64,000 nucleotides of DNA from Deltaproteobacteria bacterium (GTDB taxonomy: Bacteria; Desulfobacterota; BSN033; UBA1163). The stretch is from assembly GCA_016875195.1 (NCBI GenBank), contig VGRY01000006.1, positions 27,541-91,540 of the forward strand, written 5' to 3'. The position numbers and the translations under genes are program-made. This document shows, piece by piece, positions 28,509-36,841 of this stretch (position 1 is its first letter; each line of letters starts with the position of its first letter). The notes below the pieces were generated by a model that worked only from the letters and a program-made list of their open reading frames with translations, was not told the origin of the DNA and made no database searches.

Positions 28509-28562
28509 TTTGGAGTAAACTACAAAACAGTCAAGGCTATTTTGGAGTAGACTACAAAACAG
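28509..28562 (+). repeat. Two direct 22-nt repeats, period 32 nt
   Basis: tttggagtaaactacaaaacag at 28509-28530 and tttggagtagactacaaaacag at 28541-28562, with one mismatch. Confidence 0.8.
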
Positions 28563-28792
28563 CCATTTCTCCAGTCCAAAGGATTTTTAAAAGCCCTTTC
28601 AACTATTTCTCAACGCTTTATTATTTATCCATTCCTATGCACCACCTAATCGTTTCATATTCTTGAATTTTAATTGACAAAAAAGAGTCGAATGTGTAGG
28701 ATTTTTACAAATCACATTATGCAGTTCAATCATTGTTGGGCACACAGGACCTAATTCATTCCCGTGATTCACTGGTGCTGTGAGGGATAGAT

Positions 28793-29566
28793 ATGAACCG
28801 AACACTTATTGCTGAGATAGCATGTATATCTCTATTCCTCGGGATGTCATCGCTCTCAATCATCTGTTACCGATTCGGACGCCGACGACTACAAAAAGAG
28901 TACGCTCCGTCGGAGGTGTCTGGTGTCATTATCAGCGCCGTTTTTGCTCTTTTGGGTCTGTTGATTGCATTCACGTTTTCCGGTGCCTATTCACGTTTCG
29001 ATACGCGGCGCCAGCTGATTGTTCAAGAAGCAAATGCGATTGGAACGGCATATCTCCGATTGGATCTGTTACCGGTTTCTGCCCAGGCCCCTTTACGCGA
29101 AAAATTCCGGGCCTATGCGGTTTCCCGGGCTGCTTTATATGAAAAACTCACGGACGCCTCGGCGGCAAGAAGCGAGCTTGCCAGAGCCAGCGCACTTCAG
29201 AAAGAAATCTGGGCTCACGCAGTAGCCGCGAGCACCGGTCCTCAATATCATTCCGCACGCATATTGCTCCTCCCTGCACTTAACGAGATGATTGACATTG
29301 TAACTACTCGCACGGTCGCCATACAGACACATCCTCCTCTGCTCATTTGGGCCATGCTGTTTACGATCGCCCTTGCTTGTGGCGGATTGACAGGATATCG
29401 AGCAGCTATTTCCGGACAGCCTGGGTATTTCTACCACATCTTATTGGCCTTCATTACTGCCTCCGTCCTCTATGTTACCCTTGATATTGAATACCCACGC
29501 TATGGCTTGGTGCGCCTCGACACAGTCAACCAAGTACTGGTTGAGTTGGCGAATGCACTGAAATGA
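28793..29566 (+). CDS. DUF4239-like membrane protein
   Basis: TM helices at both ends. The central RFDTRRQLIVQEANAIGTAYLRLDLLP resembles DUF4239. Confidence 0.5.
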   Translation: MNRTLIAEIACISLFLGMSSLSIICYRFGRRRLQKEYAPSEVSGVIISAVFALLGLLIAFTFSGAYSRFDTRRQLIVQEANAIGTAYLRLDLLPVSAQAPLREKFRAYAVSRAALYEKLTDASAARSELARASALQKEIWAHAVAASTGPQYHSARILLLPALNEMIDIVTTRTVAIQTHPPLLIWAMLFTIALACGGLTGYRAAISGQPGYFYHILLAFITASVLYVTLDIEYPRYGLVRLDTVNQVLVELANALK

Positions 29567-29645
29567 AAAATGCTGCCCAACGAGTCAATCCACCAGATGG
29601 CTTACAGCCGCCGGTGATCCACCATTCTATTTGAGGAAGCAAAAA

Positions 29646-30746
29646 TCATTCCCTTATTGGGATGGGAACAACATCTTCTGATGAAAATATTAGGGAGACT
29701 TCTGCACCCTCGTGGAAGAGGGCCTTCTTTCTTGGATTAACAACGTTGACCTTTATCTTCTTTTCGTCAGCCACTTCAACTTCATATTGAACCAACGATC
29801 CGAGATAGGCCGATGTTTTAACTTTTCCATCGATTCGATTTCCCTCTGAGGAAACTTCGTTAGGATATGAGATTTGAATTGATTCGGGACGGATATTGAG
29901 AAGGAGACTCGACCCGGGATTAAAGGAAACCTCTTCCTGCCGCCCCACAACGAGCGAAACTCCTTCTTCGGTCTTGAGGTGGATCTGATTTCCCTTTGCC
30001 TCAACCACCTGAGCCTTAAAGAAATTGGATGTCCCCACGAAATCAGCCACCTCCTGGCTCTGCGGGTTTTCATAGATATCCTTGGGAGTGCCCACCTGGA
30101 CCACACTGCCCTTGGACATGACGGCAATCCTTGTGGACAGGGTCAAAGCCTCATCCTGGTCATGGGTGACATAGATGGAGGTGATGCCCAGATCTCTCTG
30201 TATCCGGACCAGTTCAAGCCTCATCTGGATCCGCAATTTTGCATCCAGATTGCTCAGAGGCTCATCGAGCAGCAGGAGTTTGGGCTCGATAACCAGGGTC
30301 CTGGCTAAGGCAACCCGCTGCTGTTGCCCACCCGAAAGTTCGGAAGGCCTTCTCTTTTCCAATCCGCTTAAATTGACCATCCCGAGGGCTTTGAGCGTCT
30401 TTTCCTGAACCGTTGATTTAGGTAGGTCTCGTTCCTTCAATCCGAAAGCCACATTTTCAAAAACAGTGAGATGAGGCCAGAGAGCATAATTTTGAAAAAC
30501 CATGCCGACATCCCTTTTCCAGGGCGGGATATCATTCACCACTTTTTCATCGAAAAGAATCTTTCCTTGATCGGGTATGGCAAACCCTGCAATCATTCGA
30601 AGAACTGTCGTCTTGCCACATCCGCTTGGGCCGAGGAAGGTGAAGAAGTCCCCTCTTCCAATGGTAAGGTTGACATCTTTCACTGCTTCAACCTCACCAA
30701 AGCTTTTTCTTAAAGCAACAAGCCTAACCTCAGTAGCTTTGCTCAT
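29646..30746 (-). CDS. ABC transporter ATP-binding protein (PotA/FbpC-type with C-terminal TOBE-like domain)
   Basis: GPSGCGKTT, LSGGQQQRVALARTL, LLLDEPLSNLD. Confidence 0.9.
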   Translation of the reverse strand: MSKATEVRLVALRKSFGEVEAVKDVNLTIGRGDFFTFLGPSGCGKTTVLRMIAGFAIPDQGKILFDEKVVNDIPPWKRDVGMVFQNYALWPHLTVFENVAFGLKERDLPKSTVQEKTLKALGMVNLSGLEKRRPSELSGGQQQRVALARTLVIEPKLLLLDEPLSNLDAKLRIQMRLELVRIQRDLGITSIYVTHDQDEALTLSTRIAVMSKGSVVQVGTPKDIYENPQSQEVADFVGTSNFFKAQVVEAKGNQIHLKTEEGVSLVVGRQEEVSFNPGSSLLLNIRPESIQISYPNEVSSEGNRIDGKVKTSAYLGSLVQYEVEVADEKKIKVNVVNPRKKALFHEGAEVSLIFSSEDVVPIPIRE

Positions 30747-30757
30747 CTGATATCTCC

Positions 30758-30850
30758 GTCCATCGTCTATCGTTCCTCTAATAACCCCCCTACATCCCCC
30801 CTTAGCTTAAGGGGGGAATAGAGGGGGGTTACTTCGTCCATCGTCCATCT
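30758..30850. repeat. Imperfect palindrome (E5): AACCCCCC../..GGGGGGTT core flanked by TCCATCGTC direct words
   Basis: aataacccccctacatccccccttagc-ttaa-ggggggaatagaggggggttac. Confidence 0.7.
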
Positions 30851-30852
30851 TT

Positions 30853-32550
30853 TTATAACTTAAAGGCGGTGCCACTTCCTCCGGCAAAGACTTTGTTCAC
30901 GATATAGGTACCGATAGCAACAAGCAATATGGCGACTACCCCGAGAGCCGCACCCGGCCCTCTTCCGACCGCACTCTGCATGTAGATGTAAATCCCGTAG
31001 GAAAGCGGGCCATGTTCCATCCGGGGAACGAGCATGATCGTAGAAGATAACTCCACCGAGGAGGTGATGAAAGCCAGCAGACCTCCGGCGACCAGCCCGC
31101 CGATCATCAACGGGAAAGTAATTTTAAAAAAGGTTCGTCGCCTGTTCGCTCCCAGGTTCTGGGCTGACTCCTCCAGGGTGATATGGATTTGCTGCATGGC
31201 AGCATAACAAGACCTCAACGAATAAGGAAGCCTCCTTGCTGCATAGGCGATAACCAAGATGATCCAGAGAGAGGTCAGGGGTTGATGAAGGAAGGGCAGA
31301 TTGGTCCCGTGAAAGACCCTCAGGTAACCTGTCGCCAGAACGACTCCGGGAATGGCCAAGGGCATCATGGCGATCGCATCGAGAATCCCCTTCCCCCATA
31401 TCTTCCCCCGGATCAGGAGAAAGGCGATCACCGAACCGAAAAAGACGGCGATGCCCGCTGCCATCAGGCAATAAAGAAGTGTGTTCTTGACGAAGTGGGG
31501 AGTCCTGTAAAAAATTTCTATATAGTTGCCCAAGGTATAGGATTTTGGGAGGATGGAGAAACTCCAGACTTTGGCAAAGGAAAGGATGAAGATCCCGAGA
31601 TGGGGGATGAGGCTGATGCCCAGGACAAAAATGGAGAAGGTCCAAACCAGACCCAATTTTAAACCCCTTATCTTTTTTGAGATCGGGGTACCCGCTCCTC
31701 CACGCTGAACCATAGCATACTCAGAGCGGCTTAAAAATTTCATAGCGACCCAGAGGGAGATGAAGGAAAGAATGACCATGATCACACAGATCACATATCC
31801 AGCCTTATCCTCTATTCCGATGGTCGTCACTCGAAGGTAAGCCTGCGGCGCAAGCATCTTTGTATAATTCAGAATGAGGGGGGTCGCCAGATCATCGATC
31901 ACCTTGATAAATACAAGAAGGGCCCCAGCGATAAACCCGGGCATCATCAAGGGTAAAGTCACTTTTCTGAAAAGGCGGAAACCGTGTGCACCCATATTTT
32001 GGGCCATCTCTTCCAGCGAAGGATCCACATTGGCCAGGGAGGCAGAGGCATTGAGGAAGATGAAGGGAAAGTAGTGGAGGGTCTGAACGATGATCACTCC
32101 CCTTAATCCATCCATAAAAGGGATGGAAGTGCCAAACCATTCGAGGAGCAGGAGATTGGCGACCCCGCTTCGGCCGAGGGCCAGCTGGAGTGCGACCGCA
32201 CCCACATACGGCGGAAGGACAAGGGGAAGAACCCCAAGGGTCTGAATCAGTGTCTTCCCCTTGAAATCATATTTAATGGTGAAGAAGGCTAAAGGCAGGC
32301 TGATCAGGCTTCCGAAGAAAACAGCCATGAGTCCGGCAATCAGGCTGTTGACGAACGATTCTTTGAAGAGTGCCCTTTCAAAAAAATTGACGAAATGGCT
32401 GAGGGAGAGATGGTCTCCCTCGGTGAAGGCAACATAAAGGACACGAATCAGCGGATAAAAGATGAAGAGGAAAAGGAATGCCAGAAGGATGAGAAAGATG
32501 AGAGACTGGGAAAGATCTATATCTTTAAGTTTATCCTTAATCGTCTTCAA
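30853..32550 (-). CDS. Two-domain ABC permease (FbpB/ThiP-type)
   Basis: 565 aa with duplicated BPD-transporter modules. Confidence 0.85.
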   Translation of the reverse strand: MKTIKDKLKDIDLSQSLIFLILLAFLFLFIFYPLIRVLYVAFTEGDHLSLSHFVNFFERALFKESFVNSLIAGLMAVFFGSLISLPLAFFTIKYDFKGKTLIQTLGVLPLVLPPYVGAVALQLALGRSGVANLLLLEWFGTSIPFMDGLRGVIIVQTLHYFPFIFLNASASLANVDPSLEEMAQNMGAHGFRLFRKVTLPLMMPGFIAGALLVFIKVIDDLATPLILNYTKMLAPQAYLRVTTIGIEDKAGYVICVIMVILSFISLWVAMKFLSRSEYAMVQRGGAGTPISKKIRGLKLGLVWTFSIFVLGISLIPHLGIFILSFAKVWSFSILPKSYTLGNYIEIFYRTPHFVKNTLLYCLMAAGIAVFFGSVIAFLLIRGKIWGKGILDAIAMMPLAIPGVVLATGYLRVFHGTNLPFLHQPLTSLWIILVIAYAARRLPYSLRSCYAAMQQIHITLEESAQNLGANRRRTFFKITFPLMIGGLVAGGLLAFITSSVELSSTIMLVPRMEHGPLSYGIYIYMQSAVGRGPGAALGVVAILLVAIGTYIVNKVFAGGSGTAFKL

Positions 32551-32567
32551 TAATTTTCATCCATCTA

Positions 32568-32735
32568 CGGAAATTCCAAACACCAACATCCAACCAATAA
32601 CCCCACCCAGCCTCCCCTTATAACTCCCCCTTCCCCCTCTTACCTTAAGAGGGGGAAGATGGATGGGGGCGTTAGACTGGGGGGTGTGCCTGCCTGCCGG
32701 TAGGCAGGGAGGGGTTAAAATTGGTTATCGGAATT
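32568..32735. repeat. Composite imperfect palindrome (E6)
   Basis: ccaaccaataacccc ... ggggttaaaattggtt outer arms. Inner hairpins ccccctcttaccttaagaggggg and ctgcctgccggtaggcag. Confidence 0.65.
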
Positions 32736-32737
32736 TT

Positions 32738-34078
32738 TTATATTGCCTCCATTGCCTTAGTGGCAAGTTCCTTGGCTTTTGAATAGTTCGCCTTGGCAGT
32801 GGCATCCCACTGGGTTTCCAGCTTTGCTCTGGTCTCGGTCTTCTCCTTGGGAAGAAAGGCCTTGTTAAATTCCTTGTCTTTGGCCTGAGCCTCGGTCACT
32901 GGCACTTTAGTTGCTAATGACCGGGCCTCGGCAACCATTCCAATCGCCTTTGTTACATCCTTCCCTTTCTTTTTCCCTTCCTCAATAGCCTTCTCCGCTT
33001 TATATATCGCGCCCCATGCCTCTTTCAATTCGTTTAACCTGAAGGTGATGATCTGATCGAAGAGGGGATTGACGATGCTATACCTCAAAGAGGAGAGTTC
33101 AGAGTTGAAATCAAGACCACCCAGTTTCATCTTAAAAGGATTCGGATATCCTCCAGGGGCTTTCACATAGAGTTCGGGGATGACAGGAAGCCTTCCGATC
33201 TCCGGTTTAAAAAGAAGCATCTGCCCTTCTTCACTGAGAAGATAATTGACAAACCTTTTCGCATTCTCAGGGTTCGGCCCTCCCTTTACAATACCTACGT
33301 TGGCTGGAACAATCGGAGTCAGAGAGGGATAGGCGAAATCAACCGGGAAACCGCTCGCTATGGCTGAGAGTCCGAAAAAGTCGATGACAATCCCAATTCC
33401 ATATTGTCCGTTGTTGACGCCTTCCGGCACACCGAAACTTCTCTCTGTTACGACAGCCATGTTACCGCCCATATTGAGCAGAAGTGCCCAGCCTTTATCC
33501 CAACCATAAGCCTGAAGGATGGATTCGACCGTGAGATGGGTGGTACCACTTCTCGAAGGCGCTGAAATCGAAAGGTGACCGAAGTAGCTGGGGTCAACCA
33601 GATCAGTCCATTCTTTCGGAGGTTTCACTTTGTGGGTCTGAAGATAGGGTTTATTCCACATCATCCCGTAACCGGAAAGCGCAAACCCGAAGAAGAACCC
33701 GTCAGGGTCATGGACTGGAAAAGCCCCGACCTTGGGGGGAATCCTTGATGCGATCTCTTTGGTAAGGTCATATTTGGCCAATAGCTTATCTGTCTTTAAA
33801 ACCTGGAAGGCATCCACGGCGCTGGCCCACATGAGGTCCGTATCTGGTTTTGCTGCTGTCTCACGGATATAGGTTACCCCCTGTGTGGTCGGTTTCTGCT
33901 GAATGACGACCTTAACCCCGGGATATTTCACTTCGAACGCTTTTTTATAAGCCTCAAAAAGCTCCTTTGGAAAGGAGGTAACAATGACCACCTCCTTGGT
34001 CTGGGCCCCCGCCATGGAAGAAATGAAAACGAATATAACCAGAGATACGACGATAAGTAGAGATTTCTTCATAGCCAT
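32738..34078 (-). CDS. ABC transporter periplasmic substrate-binding protein (family 1; iron(III)/polyamine/thiamine type) with Lys/Ala-rich C-terminal extension
   Basis: Signal peptide plus SBP fold motifs. First gene of an SBP-permease-ATPase operon. Confidence 0.8.
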   Translation of the reverse strand: MAMKKSLLIVVSLVIFVFISSMAGAQTKEVVIVTSFPKELFEAYKKAFEVKYPGVKVVIQQKPTTQGVTYIRETAAKPDTDLMWASAVDAFQVLKTDKLLAKYDLTKEIASRIPPKVGAFPVHDPDGFFFGFALSGYGMMWNKPYLQTHKVKPPKEWTDLVDPSYFGHLSISAPSRSGTTHLTVESILQAYGWDKGWALLLNMGGNMAVVTERSFGVPEGVNNGQYGIGIVIDFFGLSAIASGFPVDFAYPSLTPIVPANVGIVKGGPNPENAKRFVNYLLSEEGQMLLFKPEIGRLPVIPELYVKAPGGYPNPFKMKLGGLDFNSELSSLRYSIVNPLFDQIITFRLNELKEAWGAIYKAEKAIEEGKKKGKDVTKAIGMVAEARSLATKVPVTEAQAKDKEFNKAFLPKEKTETRAKLETQWDATAKANYSKAKELATKAMEAI

Positions 34079-34098
34079 CCCTCCTCCATATTTAAATT

Positions 34099-34449
34099 CT
34101 ATTTCGATAAATCCGAAAGATATTCCTTGATCAGCATCCCGTTTCTATGCTGAACCTTCTGCATCTCACCCAAGGCTACGTTCTCGAAGGGTTGTTTCCT
34201 TCCTTTGTTTCTCAGGCGGGCGATCTCCTCATCGAGGTAGCGGATGGTGTTGGCAATAGCCTCTGCCATGGAAAAGACCGATTCCTGGGCCCTTTCAAAG
34301 GTTTCTTTATCCAGATAGGCCCGGTTTAAAAGGTGGAACCGTTCAAAGAATTTCTGGAGTTTTTCTGTCTCCTCTTTCTTTTCCTTCTTTTTCTTGTCTA
34401 TCCCCTTTGCGATCTCTAAAAATTTTTCCAACTCCATAAAAACCCCCAA
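34099..34449 (-). CDS. Hypothetical coiled-coil protein
   Basis: Lys/Glu-rich ORF. A TTGACA-N17-TAAATT promoter lies on the minus strand about 34470-34510. Confidence 0.45.
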   Translation of the reverse strand: MGVFMELEKFLEIAKGIDKKKKEKKEETEKLQKFFERFHLLNRAYLDKETFERAQESVFSMAEAIANTIRYLDEEIARLRNKGRKQPFENVALGEMQKVQHRNGMLIKEYLSDLSK

Positions 34450-34682
34450 GCGTTTCTCAAGTTTGATTTAAATACAAATTTATGAAAATAGACCCAATTT
34501 GTCAACTAAAAGTGGAAAATCATTGCTTGTAAAGGATGGGCTTATGATTTGTACTTAAAAATGCGGTATTCTTAACGAAAGGAATGGAAACAAGTCTTGC
34601 ATTAACACATTATAAAAACCTTTTTTTTGCCCGAAACCTAGTCAACTCCCTCGTCCAAAGTATTTTATCTCAGCATACGGTT

Positions 34683-35327
34683 CTATAAACACTTCTCTCT
34701 CAATTCAAGAAAAGAATAGCGCCACGATTCTGAAAGGGACTCTACAGCAAGCACCTTTTCAATCGCCTCCAAATTCCTCCTCTCATGATGGTAAATGCGG
34801 TTTGCGAAGGAAATCGTGACGCCCTGGGAGTCTTTCTTCTTCTCTATAAGGGCGTCCCCCTTCTTCACTGATCCCTCCTTTAGGACCCTGAAATAAAATC
34901 CTGTGTATCCCGTTTTGACCATAAGTTTGATCATATCGTCCCTGCCGTAGCGTGCCAGAAGTGTTTTACAGGGTTGACGTGGCTGGCTCACCTGTAGAAG
35001 CGCCGTCCCTACTTGGAAAATATCACCAATACAGATATTATCCTCGTGGAGATTCGAAATGGAGAGGTTTTCTCCGAATGGAGCAGCAGGCAGGGATATA
35101 CCAAGAACCTGTTCCCAGTAAGGATAATGATCAATGCTGTAAACACAAACAGCCTTGTCAGGGCCTCCGTGACTCTTTGTATCGGCAACGCCATTGCCTT
35201 CAAAACCGAGAAACCCGAGCGAGACAGGACCAGATACGGGTTGTTTGCACATCCCTGTCTGAACTTCCTTCCCGTGAAAAATCTCCTTTTTCGGAAGACC
35301 GACGTTAAGCGATTCGACGATCATCAT
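34683..35327 (-). CDS. MOSC domain protein (YiiM-like)
   Basis: HGGPDKAVCVYS..GENLSI..IGDIFQVGTALLQVSQPRQPC. Confidence 0.85.
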   Translation of the reverse strand: MMIVESLNVGLPKKEIFHGKEVQTGMCKQPVSGPVSLGFLGFEGNGVADTKSHGGPDKAVCVYSIDHYPYWEQVLGISLPAAPFGENLSISNLHEDNICIGDIFQVGTALLQVSQPRQPCKTLLARYGRDDMIKLMVKTGYTGFYFRVLKEGSVKKGDALIEKKKDSQGVTISFANRIYHHERRNLEAIEKVLAVESLSESWRYSFLELREKCL

Positions 35328-35423
35328 AGGCCACTGCCCTTGAGACTATGTTGAAATGAAAATAGACCTCTTCCTTACCTTCGCCCCCTCTTCCCTCAAG
35401 GTTTTCGAGTGGCACTGACTTCC

Positions 35424-35606
35424 CTACTCCTCACGAATTACCGATTTAACTTTTTTTACAACCTCATCGGTAATCTCTGTAAGATGATGTACTGTTCTTG
35501 CGTGTTGGGCGACTTTTGCTAGCAACTCTTCCTCTGTATGGGCCCGCACGATCCCATCGCAGTCAAACCCAACTTCCCGACAACGCACAATTTTTTCTTT
35601 TGCCAT
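35424..35606 (-). CDS. DUF1059 small metal-binding protein
   Basis: MAKEKIVRCREVGFDCDGIVRAHTEEELLAKVAQHARTVH. SD aaggaggta precedes ATG 35606. The longer track ORF to 35741 is rejected. Confidence 0.75.
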   Translation of the reverse strand: MAKEKIVRCREVGFDCDGIVRAHTEEELLAKVAQHARTVHHLTEITDEVVKKVKSVIREE

Positions 35607-35619
35607 AATATCTACCTCC

Positions 35620-35793
35620 TTATTGTGTATAAGATTCGGCTCTCTTAACCCCCTGTTCCTCTTCCTTTCTAATAAACCCGAATCCTCCGCATGTCGGGCA
35701 GCATTGGCGATCTGGATGTTGAATAAACCCATTCCCGACACAGGACGGACAAACCACCATGCCGTATTCTTCTGAATTAAAATTCTTCTTCAT
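35620..35793 (-). CDS. Small zinc-finger (CxxCxGxG, DnaJ-type) protein
   Basis: MKKNFNSEEYGMVVCPSCVGNGFIQ..CCPTCGGFGFI. Confidence 0.55.
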   Translation of the reverse strand: MKKNFNSEEYGMVVCPSCVGNGFIQHPDRQCCPTCGGFGFIRKEEEQGVKRAESYTQ

Positions 35794-36014
35794 CAGATTC
35801 CCTCGCTCTGTGGTTGATCGATTCCTAAGGCTTGCTCCTGTATAGCTGTTGATTGTTGCGCCCTGACCCCCATTTTTGATTGTTCGGCGCGACAACGAAG
35901 ACCTTCTTCAACGACGGCAGTGGCAGCTTTGTCCGTATAGCGACACTCACCAGGATGCTCCGACAGATACTTGATGACCCCTTCAATGGATTGTTGAATA
36001 TGATTCTCAGACAC
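35793..36014 (-). CDS. Hypothetical 73-aa protein; N-terminal ~35 aa resemble OsmC/Ohr N-termini, possibly a truncated remnant
   Basis: EHPGECRYTDKAATAVVEEGLRCRAE, then an unrelated Gln-rich tail. Confidence 0.3.
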   Translation of the reverse strand: MSENHIQQSIEGVIKYLSEHPGECRYTDKAATAVVEEGLRCRAEQSKMGVRAQQSTAIQEQALGIDQPQSEGI

Positions 36015-36096
36015 GATTACCTCCTTGAGTGAATATCCATACTTTCCGATATCGCGTCAACCGACCATACACATTTGCCCTTTGCAATTGACCGAA

Positions 36097-36690
36097 TCAA
36101 TAAGCATCATGACTCTGTCCACCGCGTACGCACCAAACTAATGCCGAGCATTCAGGGCCTTTACAGGCTGTGCCGATATTTAATGAAACATCATTCCTGA
36201 ATTTTACATACCACGCTTTCCCTGGCTCAACTGATGACGTTGTGGAGGACCAATAATATGATGTGTCATTCACATAGACAAAGGGATGGACGCCTGGTAG
36301 AGCCAAACTTGGTGTGGTTGGATCCACGAGGCTTAGCAGTTGCTCCGCTGTTGGAAGGTGCCATCCTCTTCGGCCTCCCTTGCTAAGAGTTAAACACTGA
36401 GTTATACCCGACTCCCAACTCTTAGGAACTACACCGAGCACTTTTTCCCACACCAGCCCGGTCTCCTTGTCCAACACTGCTTCACCGTCAAGGACCAGCA
36501 CAAACCGCTCCGAAGCCGGGAGTTTATGACTCCAGGAGGGCGGAATCTGGTCCAGCGTTTTCATGGTTGGGGCAGGCGGCCCCGGAGGATTAAGATCCCC
36601 GGCATTCAGCATTCCCGGCAGGAACAGCATGACAGCCAGAACCGCAATATGTCTTCCCAATAAAATCGACCTCCTCTTCTTACTCATCAT
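36097..36690 (-). CDS. Secreted DUF1566 (Lcl C-terminal-like) domain protein, paralog A
   Basis: Signal peptide MMSKKRRSILLG... Motifs DKETGLVWEK, GGRRGWHLPTAEQLLSL, YWSSTT, VWCVRGG. Confidence 0.8.
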   Translation of the reverse strand: MMSKKRRSILLGRHIAVLAVMLFLPGMLNAGDLNPPGPPAPTMKTLDQIPPSWSHKLPASERFVLVLDGEAVLDKETGLVWEKVLGVVPKSWESGITQCLTLSKGGRRGWHLPTAEQLLSLVDPTTPSLALPGVHPFVYVNDTSYYWSSTTSSVEPGKAWYVKFRNDVSLNIGTACKGPECSALVWCVRGGQSHDAY

Positions 36691-36841
36691 CCTTTCCTCC
36701 TTCGTTGTGATTTGTCCATAATCTTGGTCTGGACCTAACCTCAGGGCTTTTTATTAATCCGTCTAACATTGTATAGACACGGAGGATAAGAAGCCGGGGA
36801 CCCTTCGCCCCCTTTTTTATGCTACTCCTCCGATGTACCGA

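Noticed and set aside
28509-28562. CRISPR array
   Set aside because: There are only two repeat copies, the 10-nt spacer is far too short, and there are no cas genes in the window.
27760-29600. Genomic island or prophage remnant
   Set aside because: The content looks accessory (orphan antidote-like HTH, small ORFs, direct repeats). However, I see no integrase, transposase, tRNA or flanking long direct repeats, so there is insufficient evidence.
34513-34527. sigma54-like TGGAAA-N4-TTGCT on the plus strand
   Set aside because: GG-to-GC spacing is one nucleotide short of canonical (11 versus 12), the -24 element is poor, and there is no plus-strand gene downstream.
35793-36014. Possible OsmC-like selenoprotein or read-through candidate
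   Set aside because: I translated all three frames downstream of the OsmC-like N-terminal stretch. None continues an OsmC-like sequence and there is no in-frame TGA at a Cys position. I treat it as a small or remnant ORF.
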